Source: Gammaproteobacteria bacterium (GTDB lineage: Bacteria; Pseudomonadota; Gammaproteobacteria; Steroidobacterales; GCA-2729495). Taken from it: a stretch of DNA of 64,000 nucleotides. The stretch spans positions 562-64,561 of the forward strand of contig RFHQ01000063.1 of NCBI GenBank assembly GCA_003695765.1, written 5' to 3'. The notes under the pieces were generated by a model. The model was not told the DNA's origin and searched no databases. It saw only the letters and a program-made list of their open reading frames with translations. Position numbers and translations under genes: made by a program. Shown here one piece after another: positions 1 through 8,865 of this stretch. Within the stretch, counting starts at the first letter, position 1. Each line of letters opens with the position of its first letter.

Positions 1-2
1 CC

Positions 3-185
3 TACAGCCCCGATCCGGAGGCGCCGCCGATCCACGAGAACCTGGCGCGGGAGCTGTCGGACACGCTCGATTCCATCATCCTGTACGAGCAGAACCTGGA
101 GATGGCCAAGGCGCGCAAGGCGGAGCTGATCCAGAAGTTCGCCGCCGATATCAACCGCTTCAAGGAACTGAAGGGAATCGAATAG
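3..185 (+). CDS. 3' end of an unidentified gene entering from the left edge (last 60 codons)
   Basis: My own frame-3 translation gives YSPDPEAPPIHENLARELSDTLDSIILYEQNLEMAKARKAELIQKFAADINRFKELKGIE, then TAG at 183-185. Third positions are GC-rich. It is not in the supplied track. The antisense track ORF 2..229 looks like a GC artefact. Confidence 0.45.
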   Translation, partial: YSPDPEAPPIHENLARELSDTLDSIILYEQNLEMAKARKAELIQKFAADINRFKELKGIE

Positions 186-197
186 CGCGGGCCGCGC

Positions 198-656
198 TCA
201 GCGGCCGGTGCTGCCGAAACCGCGGGCACCGCGCTCGCTGGCGGTGAACTCCTCCACCAGGTCGAACTCCGCCTGCACCACGGGCAGGAACACCATCTGC
301 GCGAGCCGCTCGCCGGGCTGGATCTCGAAGGGCTCGCTGCCGCGGTTCCAGCAGGACACGAAGACCTGGCCCTGGTAATCCGAGTCGATCAGACCCACGA
401 GGTTGCCGAGCACGATGCCGTGCTTGTGACCGAGACCGGAGCGCGGCAGCAGCGTCGCGGCGAGACCCGGGTCCTGCATATGGATCGCGATGCCGGTCGG
501 CACCAGCTCGGTCTGGCCCGGAGCCAGCATCAGCGGCGCGTCGATGCAGGCGCGCAGGTCGACGCCGGCCGATCCGGGCGTCGCATAGGCCGGCAACGGG
601 AACTCCCTACCGATGCGGGCATCGAGGATCTTCAGCTGAACGCTGCGCCGGCTCAT
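198..656 (-). CDS. dut: dUTP diphosphatase
   Basis: The translation aligns along its whole length with E. coli Dut ([44 protein letters not shown], ERGxxGFGSTGR). I chose the start at ATG 654-656 ([11 protein letters not shown]). The track ORF extends to a TTG at 668. Confidence 0.95.
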   Translation of the reverse strand: MSRRSVQLKILDARIGREFPLPAYATPGSAGVDLRACIDAPLMLAPGQTELVPTGIAIHMQDPGLAATLLPRSGLGHKHGIVLGNLVGLIDSDYQGQVFVSCWNRGSEPFEIQPGERLAQMVFLPVVQAEFDLVEEFTASERGARGFGSTGR

Positions 657-668
657 CGCTGCTGCCAA

Positions 669-1910
669 TCAGGAAACGGCGGGCTGGCCGATGCTTGCCG
701 GGGCCCTGTGCCGCGCCCGGTAGCGCTCGGCGACCAGCTCGATGATCTGCCGCGCCAGTTCCGGCTTGGCGCAGCGGGCCAGCGCCTGCCGCCCGCCCTG
801 CCACAGCACGACGGCCTCGTTGTCGGCGCAGTCGAAGCCCAGGTTCTCGCCGACCAGGTTCGCGACGATCATGTCCAGGTGCTTGCCCATCAGCTTGGCG
901 CGGGCATGCTCTTCGAGCTTCTCGGTCTCGGCGGCGAAGCCGACCGTAAACGGTCCGTCGTCCAGGGCCGCGATCGCGGCCAGCACATCGGCCGAGCGCA
1001 CCATGTCCAGCGCGAGGCGGTCGCTGCGTTTCTTGATCTTCTGCGGCCGCACATCGGCGGGCCGGTAGTCGCTGATCGCTGCGGCGCCGATGTAGATGTC
1101 CGCCTCCGGCGCGCGGGCCATTGCCTCCCGGTACATGTCACCGGCGGTTTCCACGTCCACGCGCTCGACCCCGGGCGGCGTCGGCAGGGAGACCGGGCCG
1201 GCCAGCAGCGTGACGCGGGCACCAGCGGCTGCGGCCGCCTCCGCCACGGCGAAGCCCATGCGGCCCGAACTGCGGTTGCTGACGAAGCGCACCGGGTCGA
1301 TGGGCTCGCGGGTCGGGCCGGCGCTGACCAGCACCGTCAGCCCCTGCAGCGGGCCGGCGGCCGCGGTGCCGGGTTGCAGCAACTCGGCCGCGATCCGCTC
1401 GGGCTCGGCCATGCGACCCGGACCCATATCGCCGCAAGCCTGCTCGCCCTCGTCCGGACCGATGAAATGCACGCCTCGCGCCCGCAGCCGGGCGCAGTTC
1501 TCCTGCGTCGCCGGATGTCGCCACATCGCCTGATTCATCGCCGGCGCCAGGTACAGCGGCGCGGTGCTGGCCAGGCAGCAGGTCGTAAGCAGGCTGCCGG
1601 CGTGGCCACCGGCCAGTTCCGCGATGACATTGGCCGTGGCCGGCGCGATCACGATCAGTTCGGCCCAGCGCGCCAGCTCGATATGACCCATCGCGGCCTC
1701 GGCCTGCTCGTCCCAGGGGTCGCTGCGCACCGGCTGCCCGGATACGGCCTGAAACACCAGCGGCGAGACCAGGCGGCCGGCGGCCGGCGTCAGCACGACG
1801 CGGACCTCGGCGCCGCGCTCGCGCAGCCGGCGCACCAGGTCGGGGCTCTTGTAGGCCGCGATGCCGCCGCTGACGCCGAGCAGCACGCGGACGGGCTTGT
1901 TCGTGCTCAT
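669..1910 (-). CDS. coaBC: Bifunctional phosphopantothenoylcysteine decarboxylase / phosphopantothenate-cysteine ligase
   Basis: The N-terminal flavoprotein domain ([21 protein letters not shown]) and the C-terminal CoaB domain (ISNRSSGKMG-like [15 protein letters not shown]) are both present. It sits immediately upstream of dut, as in enterics. Start taken at MSTNKPV (ATG at 1908-1910). Confidence 0.95.
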   Translation of the reverse strand: MSTNKPVRVLLGVSGGIAAYKSPDLVRRLRERGAEVRVVLTPAAGRLVSPLVFQAVSGQPVRSDPWDEQAEAAMGHIELARWAELIVIAPATANVIAELAGGHAGSLLTTCCLASTAPLYLAPAMNQAMWRHPATQENCARLRARGVHFIGPDEGEQACGDMGPGRMAEPERIAAELLQPGTAAAGPLQGLTVLVSAGPTREPIDPVRFVSNRSSGRMGFAVAEAAAAAGARVTLLAGPVSLPTPPGVERVDVETAGDMYREAMARAPEADIYIGAAAISDYRPADVRPQKIKKRSDRLALDMVRSADVLAAIAALDDGPFTVGFAAETEKLEEHARAKLMGKHLDMIVANLVGENLGFDCADNEAVVLWQGGRQALARCAKPELARQIIELVAERYRARHRAPASIGQPAVS

Positions 1911-2042
1911 CGCCTGCTTCTCCGGCGTGCCGCCAAGCTGCATCCACGCCCAAGATTACAAGAATTCCTGCGGCCGGTCGCCGGGTTTTCGCCCGCTTTC
2001 CGGCACTTTCCCGGCTTCTTGAACGTCCCGGCTGCCGCCAAT

Positions 2043-2735
2043 ATGCGGCCCATGCAGGGACGACGGATCAAGGACTGGCCCGCCGGCGAGCGGCCCCGTG
2101 AGCGCCTCGCGGCCGCCGGGGCTCAGATGCTGTCCGACGCCGAGCTCGTCGCCTTGCTGCTAGGCCGGGGCCTGCCGGGCGTCACGGCGCTGGATCTCGC
2201 GCGGCAGCTGCTGGGGCACTTCGGCGGCATGCGCGGGCTGCTGAGTGCGGCACCGGCCGAGTTGCAGCAGCTGCGCGGCGTCGGGCCGGGCCGGGCCGCG
2301 CTCCTGCAGGCCGTGCGCGAGTGCAGTGTCCGATACCTGCAGGAAAAGCTGTCACCGGGCCGGACCATCGGTTCGCCGGCCGACAGCCGCGACTTCCTGC
2401 AGGCGCGCCTGCGCGACCGGCCCTATGAAGTCTTCTGCTGCCTGTTCCTGGACAATCGCCACCGGGTGCTGGCCTTCGAGGAACTGTTCCGCGGGACCAT
2501 CGACAATACGACGGTGTATCCACGCGAGGTCGTGCGCCAGGCACTGGCGCGCAATGCGGCGGCGCTGATCCTGGCGCACAATCACCCGTCCGGCGTGGCC
2601 GAACCGAGCGAGGCCGATCAGCTGATCACACGGCGAATTCGCGATGCACTGGAGCTGGTCGACGTGCGCCTGCTGGACCACTTCGTGATCGGTGACGGCA
2701 GCTGCGTCTCGCTGGCCGCCCGCGGCCTGATGTAA
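2043..2735 (+). CDS. radC: RadC/YicR-family JAMM-motif protein
   Basis: The C-terminal part of track ORF 420..2735 reads IKDWPAGERPRERL...LSDAELVALLLGRG...ALILAHNHPSGVAEPSEAD. It is divergent from coaBC, as in E. coli. An alternative start lies at 2052. Confidence 0.9.
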   Translation: MRPMQGRRIKDWPAGERPRERLAAAGAQMLSDAELVALLLGRGLPGVTALDLARQLLGHFGGMRGLLSAAPAELQQLRGVGPGRAALLQAVRECSVRYLQEKLSPGRTIGSPADSRDFLQARLRDRPYEVFCCLFLDNRHRVLAFEELFRGTIDNTTVYPREVVRQALARNAAALILAHNHPSGVAEPSEADQLITRRIRDALELVDVRLLDHFVIGDGSCVSLAARGLM

Positions 2736-2738
2736 AAG

Positions 2739-2808
2739 GGGACAGTGACCCTAACTCGTGCTCAACGACTGCCGCCGGACTTCAGCAGGGAGTTAGGGTC
2801 ACTGTCCC
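2739..2808. repeat. Perfect 18-bp inverted repeat (GGGACAGTGACCCTAACT / AGTTAGGGTCACTGTCCC) with a 34-nt spacer, lying between the convergent stop codons of radC and rho. It may be a bidirectional terminator or a REP-like hairpin.
   Basis: Read directly from the sequence. The arms are 2739-2756 and 2791-2808. The radC stop is at 2733-2735 and the rho stop at 2814-2816. No U-tract follows on either strand. Confidence 0.8.
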
Positions 2809-2813
2809 GGAAC

Positions 2814-4070
<1,257 letters not shown>

Positions 4071-4240
4071 CAGGCCCTCGCCCTGCTCCAGCTCCTCGCG
4101 CGAGACCACGTCTTCGGCAGTAAAGGTCGCGACCTGGTCTTCGTCCTGGCGCCGGCGTCGCCCTTTCTTCTTGCCGCCGGAGTTGCCCCGCGCCGCGTTC
4201 TTGCCGGAACGGCCGCGGGCCGAGTTGCCGAGATATCCCC

Positions 4241-4561
4241 TCATATCGATTCATCCAGGAATTGCGTCAATTGATTCTTTGCCAGCGCGCCGACCTTCTG
4301 TGCCTGCGGCTGCCCGTCCTTGAACAGCATCAGCGTCGGGATGCTGCGGATGCCGTATTGCATCGCCACGGCCTGCAGCTCGTCCACATTCAGCTTGGCG
4401 ACCTTGACCCGGTCGGCGTATTCGTCGGCCACCTGCTCGAGGATCGGCGCGATGGCCTTGCAGGGCCCGCACCACTCGGCCCAGAAGTCCACGAGCACCG
4501 GGGTGCTGGACTGCAGGACCTCGCTCTCGAAGTTATCGCTCGTGATATGCACTATGCTCAT
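4241..4561 (-). CDS. trxA: Thioredoxin 1
   Basis: The product is 106 aa with a WCGPC active site ([11 protein letters not shown]) and overall TrxA-like sequence. It sits upstream of rho and divergent from rhlB, as in E. coli. Confidence 0.97.
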   Translation of the reverse strand: MSIVHITSDNFESEVLQSSTPVLVDFWAEWCGPCKAIAPILEQVADEYADRVKVAKLNVDELQAVAMQYGIRSIPTLMLFKDGQPQAQKVGALAKNQLTQFLDESI

Positions 4562-4864
4562 CGGTCTGTCCGCTCAGGGTTCTGGTCTCTGGTGCTCGGG
4601 CCCGCAGGCGACGCCCCACTGGCGAAGCCACGGCTTCTGGTGTCATGATGTCGCCGCTTCCCCGTGAAGCCGGCAACTGAATGAGGCAAAATTCAGAAGC
4701 GGTTTCGAAGCTTCCTTCGAATGAATTTCGTCAGCGTGCGGGTATTTAAGCGGGCGCTGGCGGTCAAGGCCGCCGCGTATTACGGTTAATTTGAACCTGT
4801 CCCGCGGCGTTTTGCAAGTGCCCGGACCGCGCTTTTCCGCCGGGTATGGCGAGCACACAGCGAT

Positions 4865-6265
4865 ATGACAGAAGAAACAGCGCCCCGGTTCAGCGAACTT
4901 GGCCTGCCGCCCGAGATCATGGCCGGGATCGCGGCGGCGGGCTTCGAGACCTGCACACCGATCCAGGCGGCAGCGCTGCCGCGCGCGCTGGCTGGCCACG
5001 ATGTCGCCGGTCAGGCGCAGACCGGCACCGGAAAGACGGCGGCCTTCCTGATCGCCGTATTCAATTACCTGTTGACCCACCCGCGGGACTACAGCGGCAA
5101 GCAGTGCGCGCCCCGGGCGCTGATCATGGCCCCGACCCGCGAGCTGGCGGTGCAGATCCACAAGGATGCGCTGGTCCTCGGCAGCGGCACCGATTTCCGC
5201 ATGACCGTGACCTACGGAGGCGCGGATTATGACAAGCAGCGCAACGAGATCGCCGCCGGTACCGACATCCTGATCGGCACGCCCGGCCGGCTCATCGACT
5301 ATCTGAAGCAGGGCATCTACACGCTGAAACATGCCCAGGCGGTCGTGCTGGACGAGGCCGACCGCATGTTCGATCTCGGCTTCATCCGCGACATCCGTTA
5401 CCTGCTGCGGCGCCTGCCGGCGCCCGAAGAGCGCCTGAACCTGCTGTTCTCCGCGACCCTGAGCCAGCGCGTGCTGGAACTCGCCTACGAGCACATGAAC
5501 GACCCGGAACTGGTCCAGATCGAGCCGGACAAGCTGACCGTGGACCGGGTCACCCAGATCGTCTATTTCCCGTCCAACGAGGACAAGCCGCGGCTGCTGG
5601 TGCATCTGCTGCGCAGCATGCACGCGACCCGCACGATGGTCTTCGTCAACATGAAGCGCGACGCCGACTACGTGGCGCGCCTGCTGCAGGCCAACGGCTT
5701 CGAGGCCGAAGCGATCTCCGGCGATGTGCCGCAGCGCAAGCGGCTGCGGATGCTGCGCGATTTCGTGTCCGGCGAACTGCCCGTGCTGGTGGCCACCGAT
5801 GTCGCCTCGCGGGGACTGCACGTGCCGGACGTCAGCCACGTGATCAACTACGACCTGCCGCAGGATGTCGAGGACTACGTGCACCGCATCGGCCGCACGG
5901 CCCGCGCCGGCGCCACCGGTGACTCGATCAGCTTCGCCTGCGAGACCTATGCCTTCACCCTGCCGGACATTGAGGAATACATCGGCCATCGCATCCCGGT
6001 TGGCAGCTACGACCCGGACGAGCTGCCCCAGCTGCAGCGGCCGGCGCCGAGACCGCCGCGTGCCGGCGGGCGGCGCGGTGGCGAGCGGCGGGGCCAGCGC
6101 GGCGACGGCCGCGGGCGCCGCCCGGCCAAGCGCGCCCAGGCGGACGAGGCCGCACCGGCCCCGAAGTCGGGGCGCGAGCAGGCCGGCAGCGAGACCGGCG
6201 CCCCGAAACGCCGGCGCCGGCGACGCCGGCGCAAGACCACAGCCAAGGGCGGCCCCGGCGACTAG
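4865..6265 (+). CDS. rhlB: ATP-dependent DEAD-box RNA helicase RhlB, with an Arg-rich C-terminal tail
   Basis: Motifs present are the Q-motif (TPIQ), AQTGTGKT, DEAD (VLDEADRM), SAT and HRIGRTARAG. Synteny with trxA-rho is conserved. The tail is RRGGERRGQRGDGRGRR...KRRRRRRRRK. Confidence 0.9.
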   Translation: MTEETAPRFSELGLPPEIMAGIAAAGFETCTPIQAAALPRALAGHDVAGQAQTGTGKTAAFLIAVFNYLLTHPRDYSGKQCAPRALIMAPTRELAVQIHKDALVLGSGTDFRMTVTYGGADYDKQRNEIAAGTDILIGTPGRLIDYLKQGIYTLKHAQAVVLDEADRMFDLGFIRDIRYLLRRLPAPEERLNLLFSATLSQRVLELAYEHMNDPELVQIEPDKLTVDRVTQIVYFPSNEDKPRLLVHLLRSMHATRTMVFVNMKRDADYVARLLQANGFEAEAISGDVPQRKRLRMLRDFVSGELPVLVATDVASRGLHVPDVSHVINYDLPQDVEDYVHRIGRTARAGATGDSISFACETYAFTLPDIEEYIGHRIPVGSYDPDELPQLQRPAPRPPRAGGRRGGERRGQRGDGRGRRPAKRAQADEAAPAPKSGREQAGSETGAPKRRRRRRRRKTTAKGGPGD

Positions 6266-6924
6266 CCGAGCAGCGCAGGCAGCGAGCGATCGGCCAGATC
6301 GCGCACCGAGCGGTGCGCCCCGGGGTCCTGTTCCGGCCGCCCGGAATCCGGCCGCCGGATCGCGATGGTCGCACCGAGCCCGTAAGCCGCCGCCGCGTCG
6401 AGTACCGGGACGCTGTCGTCCAGCAGGACGCTGCGCCGCGGATCCAGGCCGACCCGCCGTTCCAGCGCAGGCCAGAAATCCGGCTGCTCCTTAGCGAGGC
6501 CCAGTTCGTGCGCGGATACCAGCTGCTCGAAATAGCCTGCCAGCCCGGTAAGCGCCGCCTTCAGCGCCAGCGTGTCGCCGTGTGCATTGGTCACGAGGAT
6601 CAGGCGGCGCTCGCGGCCGGCGGCGGCAAGAAACTGTCGCGCGCCCGGCAGGTAGCGGATCCGCTGGCTGGCTGCCGCCTTCAACGCCCGCAGGTCGATC
6701 GCGAAGCGCGCGGTCCAGAAATCCAGGCAATACCATTCCAGCGTGCCGCGGTATTGCGCGTACAGCGACTCGATCTCCTCCCGGGTGGCCGACAGCGGGC
6801 GCCCGCTCCGTCGCGCGACGAAGCGCGGAATCAGTTCCTGCCAGAAATAGTTGTCGAAGGCCAGGTCCAGGATGGTCCCGTCCATGTCGAGCAACAGGGT
6901 GTGCGGCGCTGCGCTTGCCTGCAT
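6262..6924 (-). CDS. yrfG: HAD-superfamily GMP/IMP nucleotidase, YrfG-like
   Basis: LLLDMDGTILDLAFDNYFWQELIP and WYCLDFW match E. coli YrfG closely. The later HAD motifs (LVTNAH, LLDDS) are also present. Confidence 0.85.
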   Translation of the reverse strand: MQASAAPHTLLLDMDGTILDLAFDNYFWQELIPRFVARRSGRPLSATREEIESLYAQYRGTLEWYCLDFWTARFAIDLRALKAAASQRIRYLPGARQFLAAAGRERRLILVTNAHGDTLALKAALTGLAGYFEQLVSAHELGLAKEQPDFWPALERRVGLDPRRSVLLDDSVPVLDAAAAYGLGATIAIRRPDSGRPEQDPGAHRSVRDLADRSLPALLG

Positions 6925-7013
6925 GGGCGTCCTGCTACGGCGAATTTCCAGCGTGGCCTATACTGCGAACCCCGGTCCGGGCGCAAGCCCGGCAGGATGC
7001 CGGGCGAGACTCC

Positions 7014-7811
7014 ATGCCGGAAGACCATGACAAGCTGCTGGAAGCCGTGTTGCAGATCGCGCGTGCCGCCGGGGCCGCGATCCTCGAGATCTATGCGGCC
7101 GATTTCACCGTCGAGACCAAGGCCGATCATTCGCCGCTGACGGCCGCCGACCGTGCCGCCCATGAGCTGATCCTGCGCGAGCTCGGCCAGCTGACACCGG
7201 ACATCCCGGTCTGGTCCGAAGAATCGGCCGATATCCCGTACGCGGAGCGCCGCGGCTGGCCGCGCCTGTGGCTGGTCGACCCGCTGGACGGCACCAAGGA
7301 ATTCATCAAGCGCAACGGCGAATTCACGGTCAACATTGCGCTGATCGACGGGCACCGGCCGGTGCTCGGCGTCGTGCACGTACCGGCCCAGGCGCGCAGC
7401 TATCTGGCCGCGGCCGGCACCGGCGCCTTCGTCGACGACGGCGACGGCCGGCGGCCGATCCGGGTGCAGCGACCGGCCGCCGAGCCGGTGCGCGTCGTCG
7501 GCAGCCGCTCGCATCGCGGCGCTTCGCTGGATCGCTACCTCGAGTGCCTCGGCCCGCACCTGCTGGTGCCGATGGGCAGTTCGCTGAAGCTGTGCCTGGT
7601 CGCCAGTGGCGACGCCGACGTCTATCCGCGGCTCGGGCCGACCTCGGAGTGGGACACGGCCGCCGCCCAGGCCGTGGTCGAATCCGCCGGTGGCCACGTG
7701 GTCGACCTCGACGGCCGTGCGCTGCAATACAACACGAAACCGGCGCCGCTGAACCCATATTTCATCGTCTACGGCGACGACAGCCGCGACTGGCTTGCCT
7801 GCGCGCGCTGA
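7014..7811 (+). CDS. cysQ: 3'(2'),5'-bisphosphate nucleotidase
   Basis: Inositol monophosphatase-family motifs are present (WLVDPLDGTKEF, EWDTAAAQAVVESAGG). I chose the start at ATG 7014 (MPEDHDKLLEAV), which lies inside the longer track ORF 6582..7811. Confidence 0.9.
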   Translation: MPEDHDKLLEAVLQIARAAGAAILEIYAADFTVETKADHSPLTAADRAAHELILRELGQLTPDIPVWSEESADIPYAERRGWPRLWLVDPLDGTKEFIKRNGEFTVNIALIDGHRPVLGVVHVPAQARSYLAAAGTGAFVDDGDGRRPIRVQRPAAEPVRVVGSRSHRGASLDRYLECLGPHLLVPMGSSLKLCLVASGDADVYPRLGPTSEWDTAAAQAVVESAGGHVVDLDGRALQYNTKPAPLNPYFIVYGDDSRDWLACAR

Positions 7812-8007
7812 TGCCGCCGAGGCCGAGCGGCTTGCGGGCGCCACGCTGCCGCTCGCCTCGACCGGTCCGGGGCTGCTAACATAGGCCTGCCTGCCGGGCA
7901 GCGCCTGCTGACGGCGAAGCCGGTCGCAAGGGCCGGATACGGTCGGCGGAACCGGCGCCAAACAACAACGCAGTGTGCAAGGCCTGCCCGCAGTCGAGTC
8001 AGACGAG

Positions 8008-8223
8008 ATGACTGACAACGTCGAAATAGGCACATTTGGCAATTACGCGCGCCTGAAGGAGCTCCGCGTCGAACACCGCGATCTGGACATCGCGATTGCG
8101 GAGCTGTCCCGGAATCCGAACGTCGATCAGCTGCGAGTGCGGCGGCTCAAGAAGCAGAAGCTGCGCCTGAAGGACATGATCGCGCACCTGGAGAACCAGT
8201 TGATTCCGGATCTGGACGCCTGA
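8008..8223 (+). CDS. DUF465/YdcH-family small protein
   Basis: The product is 71 aa with the characteristic LRVRRLKKQKLRLKDMIAHLE motif. Start taken at MTDNVEIG, inside track ORF 7975..8223. Confidence 0.75.
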   Translation: MTDNVEIGTFGNYARLKELRVEHRDLDIAIAELSRNPNVDQLRVRRLKKQKLRLKDMIAHLENQLIPDLDA

Positions 8224-8621
8224 GCCGGGCATCCGGGTTCCGGCGGCACGCGTGATCAGGCCGGCGGGAGGGCGGGCCCTCCCGATGACGGCGCGGACCG
8301 CGCCGGGGATTCTTTTATCCCGACACCGCCCGTTCCTGGCGGCTCCGTCCGCGCGCCCACGCGCTGTCGGCTTTCCTGACAATGGCGGGCCAGCTACAAG
8401 CCATTGATTCCAGATTGGTTCCTGCCAGAGCCGTGAGCTGCCTCACGCACCTGCGCAACGCGCTTGTCGCAGATTCTTACAAACGGCGGTTCGACCGCGG
8501 CGGCCGCGGCTGGCCGCCGACCCTGCCTGCTGTCCGGCGCCGGTCTTTTTTCGTGACCGGCGTCACAACATGAGGCCGCTGCGCCGGCTTCTGTCAAATC
8601 AGCGGCCTGGCGAGCCGTCAC

Positions 8622-8637
8622 TGGCACGAATGCTGCA
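8622..8637 (+). promoter_or_regulatory. Candidate sigma-54 (RpoN) -24/-12 promoter
   Basis: TGGCACGAATGCTGCA compared with the consensus TGGCACG-N4-TTGCW. The GG (8623-8624) and GC (8635-8636) dinucleotides are correctly spaced, and there is one mismatch (C for T at position 12). It lies in a non-coding gap and points at the CA-rich region. Confidence 0.6.
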
Positions 8638-8647
8638 ACTACCGGGG

Positions 8648-8812
8648 CGAGACACAACACAGCCATCAGTTCTCCTTCCTGAAAACGCAAGAACCAACAA
8701 CGCACAGCCAACCCCGGCCCGACAACAACAACGACAAACGGGCCAGACAACAACAATAAGAACGACAATATCCGCGCCCATCCCACCGCCCCTTCCCGGG
8801 GCGGTTTTTTTT
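8648..8812 (+). ncRNA. Candidate small RNA of about 165 nt, G-poor and CA-rich with repeated A-R-N triplets, possibly a CrcZ-like Hfq-binding sRNA. The 5' end is inferred from the promoter only.
   Basis: The stretch lies between the sigma-54 promoter and a strong intrinsic terminator. It contains AAGAACCAACAAC (8689-8701), ACAACAACAACGACAAAC (8722-8739, in the loop of a GGCCC/GGGCC hairpin) and ACAACAACAATAAGAACGACAATA (8747-8770). It also contains a CU-rich stretch UCUCCUUCCU (8671-8680). There is no credible ORF. Confidence 0.55.
8786..8812 (+). terminator. Rho-independent terminator
   Basis: The stem pairs CCGCCCC (8786-8792) with GGGGCGG (8798-8804) around the loop TTCCC. It is followed by eight T residues (8805-8812). 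Confidence 0.85.
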
Positions 8813-8865
8813 GTCTGCGCCCATCCCGATGTTGCAATCCGGCAGGCGGCGGGTATCGTCACGCG

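Noticed and set aside
420-2042. The upstream two-thirds of the 771-aa plus-strand track ORF 420..2735
   Set aside because: It runs antisense to the well-supported dut and coaBC genes. Its translation is an Arg/Gly/Ala/Pro-rich, low-complexity GC artefact. Only the last 230 codons (radC) look like a real protein.
4643-5989. 448-aa minus-strand ORF
   Set aside because: It is entirely antisense to rhlB, whose DEAD-box motifs are unambiguous. Its composition is typical of out-of-frame or antisense ORFs in high-GC DNA.
5955-6494. Arg-rich ORFs overlapping the 3' end of rhlB (5865..6494 +, 5955..6374 -, 6007..6246 -)
   Set aside because: They are alternative frames of the RhlB Arg-rich tail and of yrfG, with no independent support.
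8462-8482. Possible CbrB/NtrC-type enhancer site (TTGTCGCAGATTCTTACAA) about 150 bp upstream of the sigma-54 promoter
   Set aside because: It has only a 4-bp TTGT/ACAA symmetry, and its spacing differs from the CbrB sites as I remember them. This is too weak to call without comparative or binding data.
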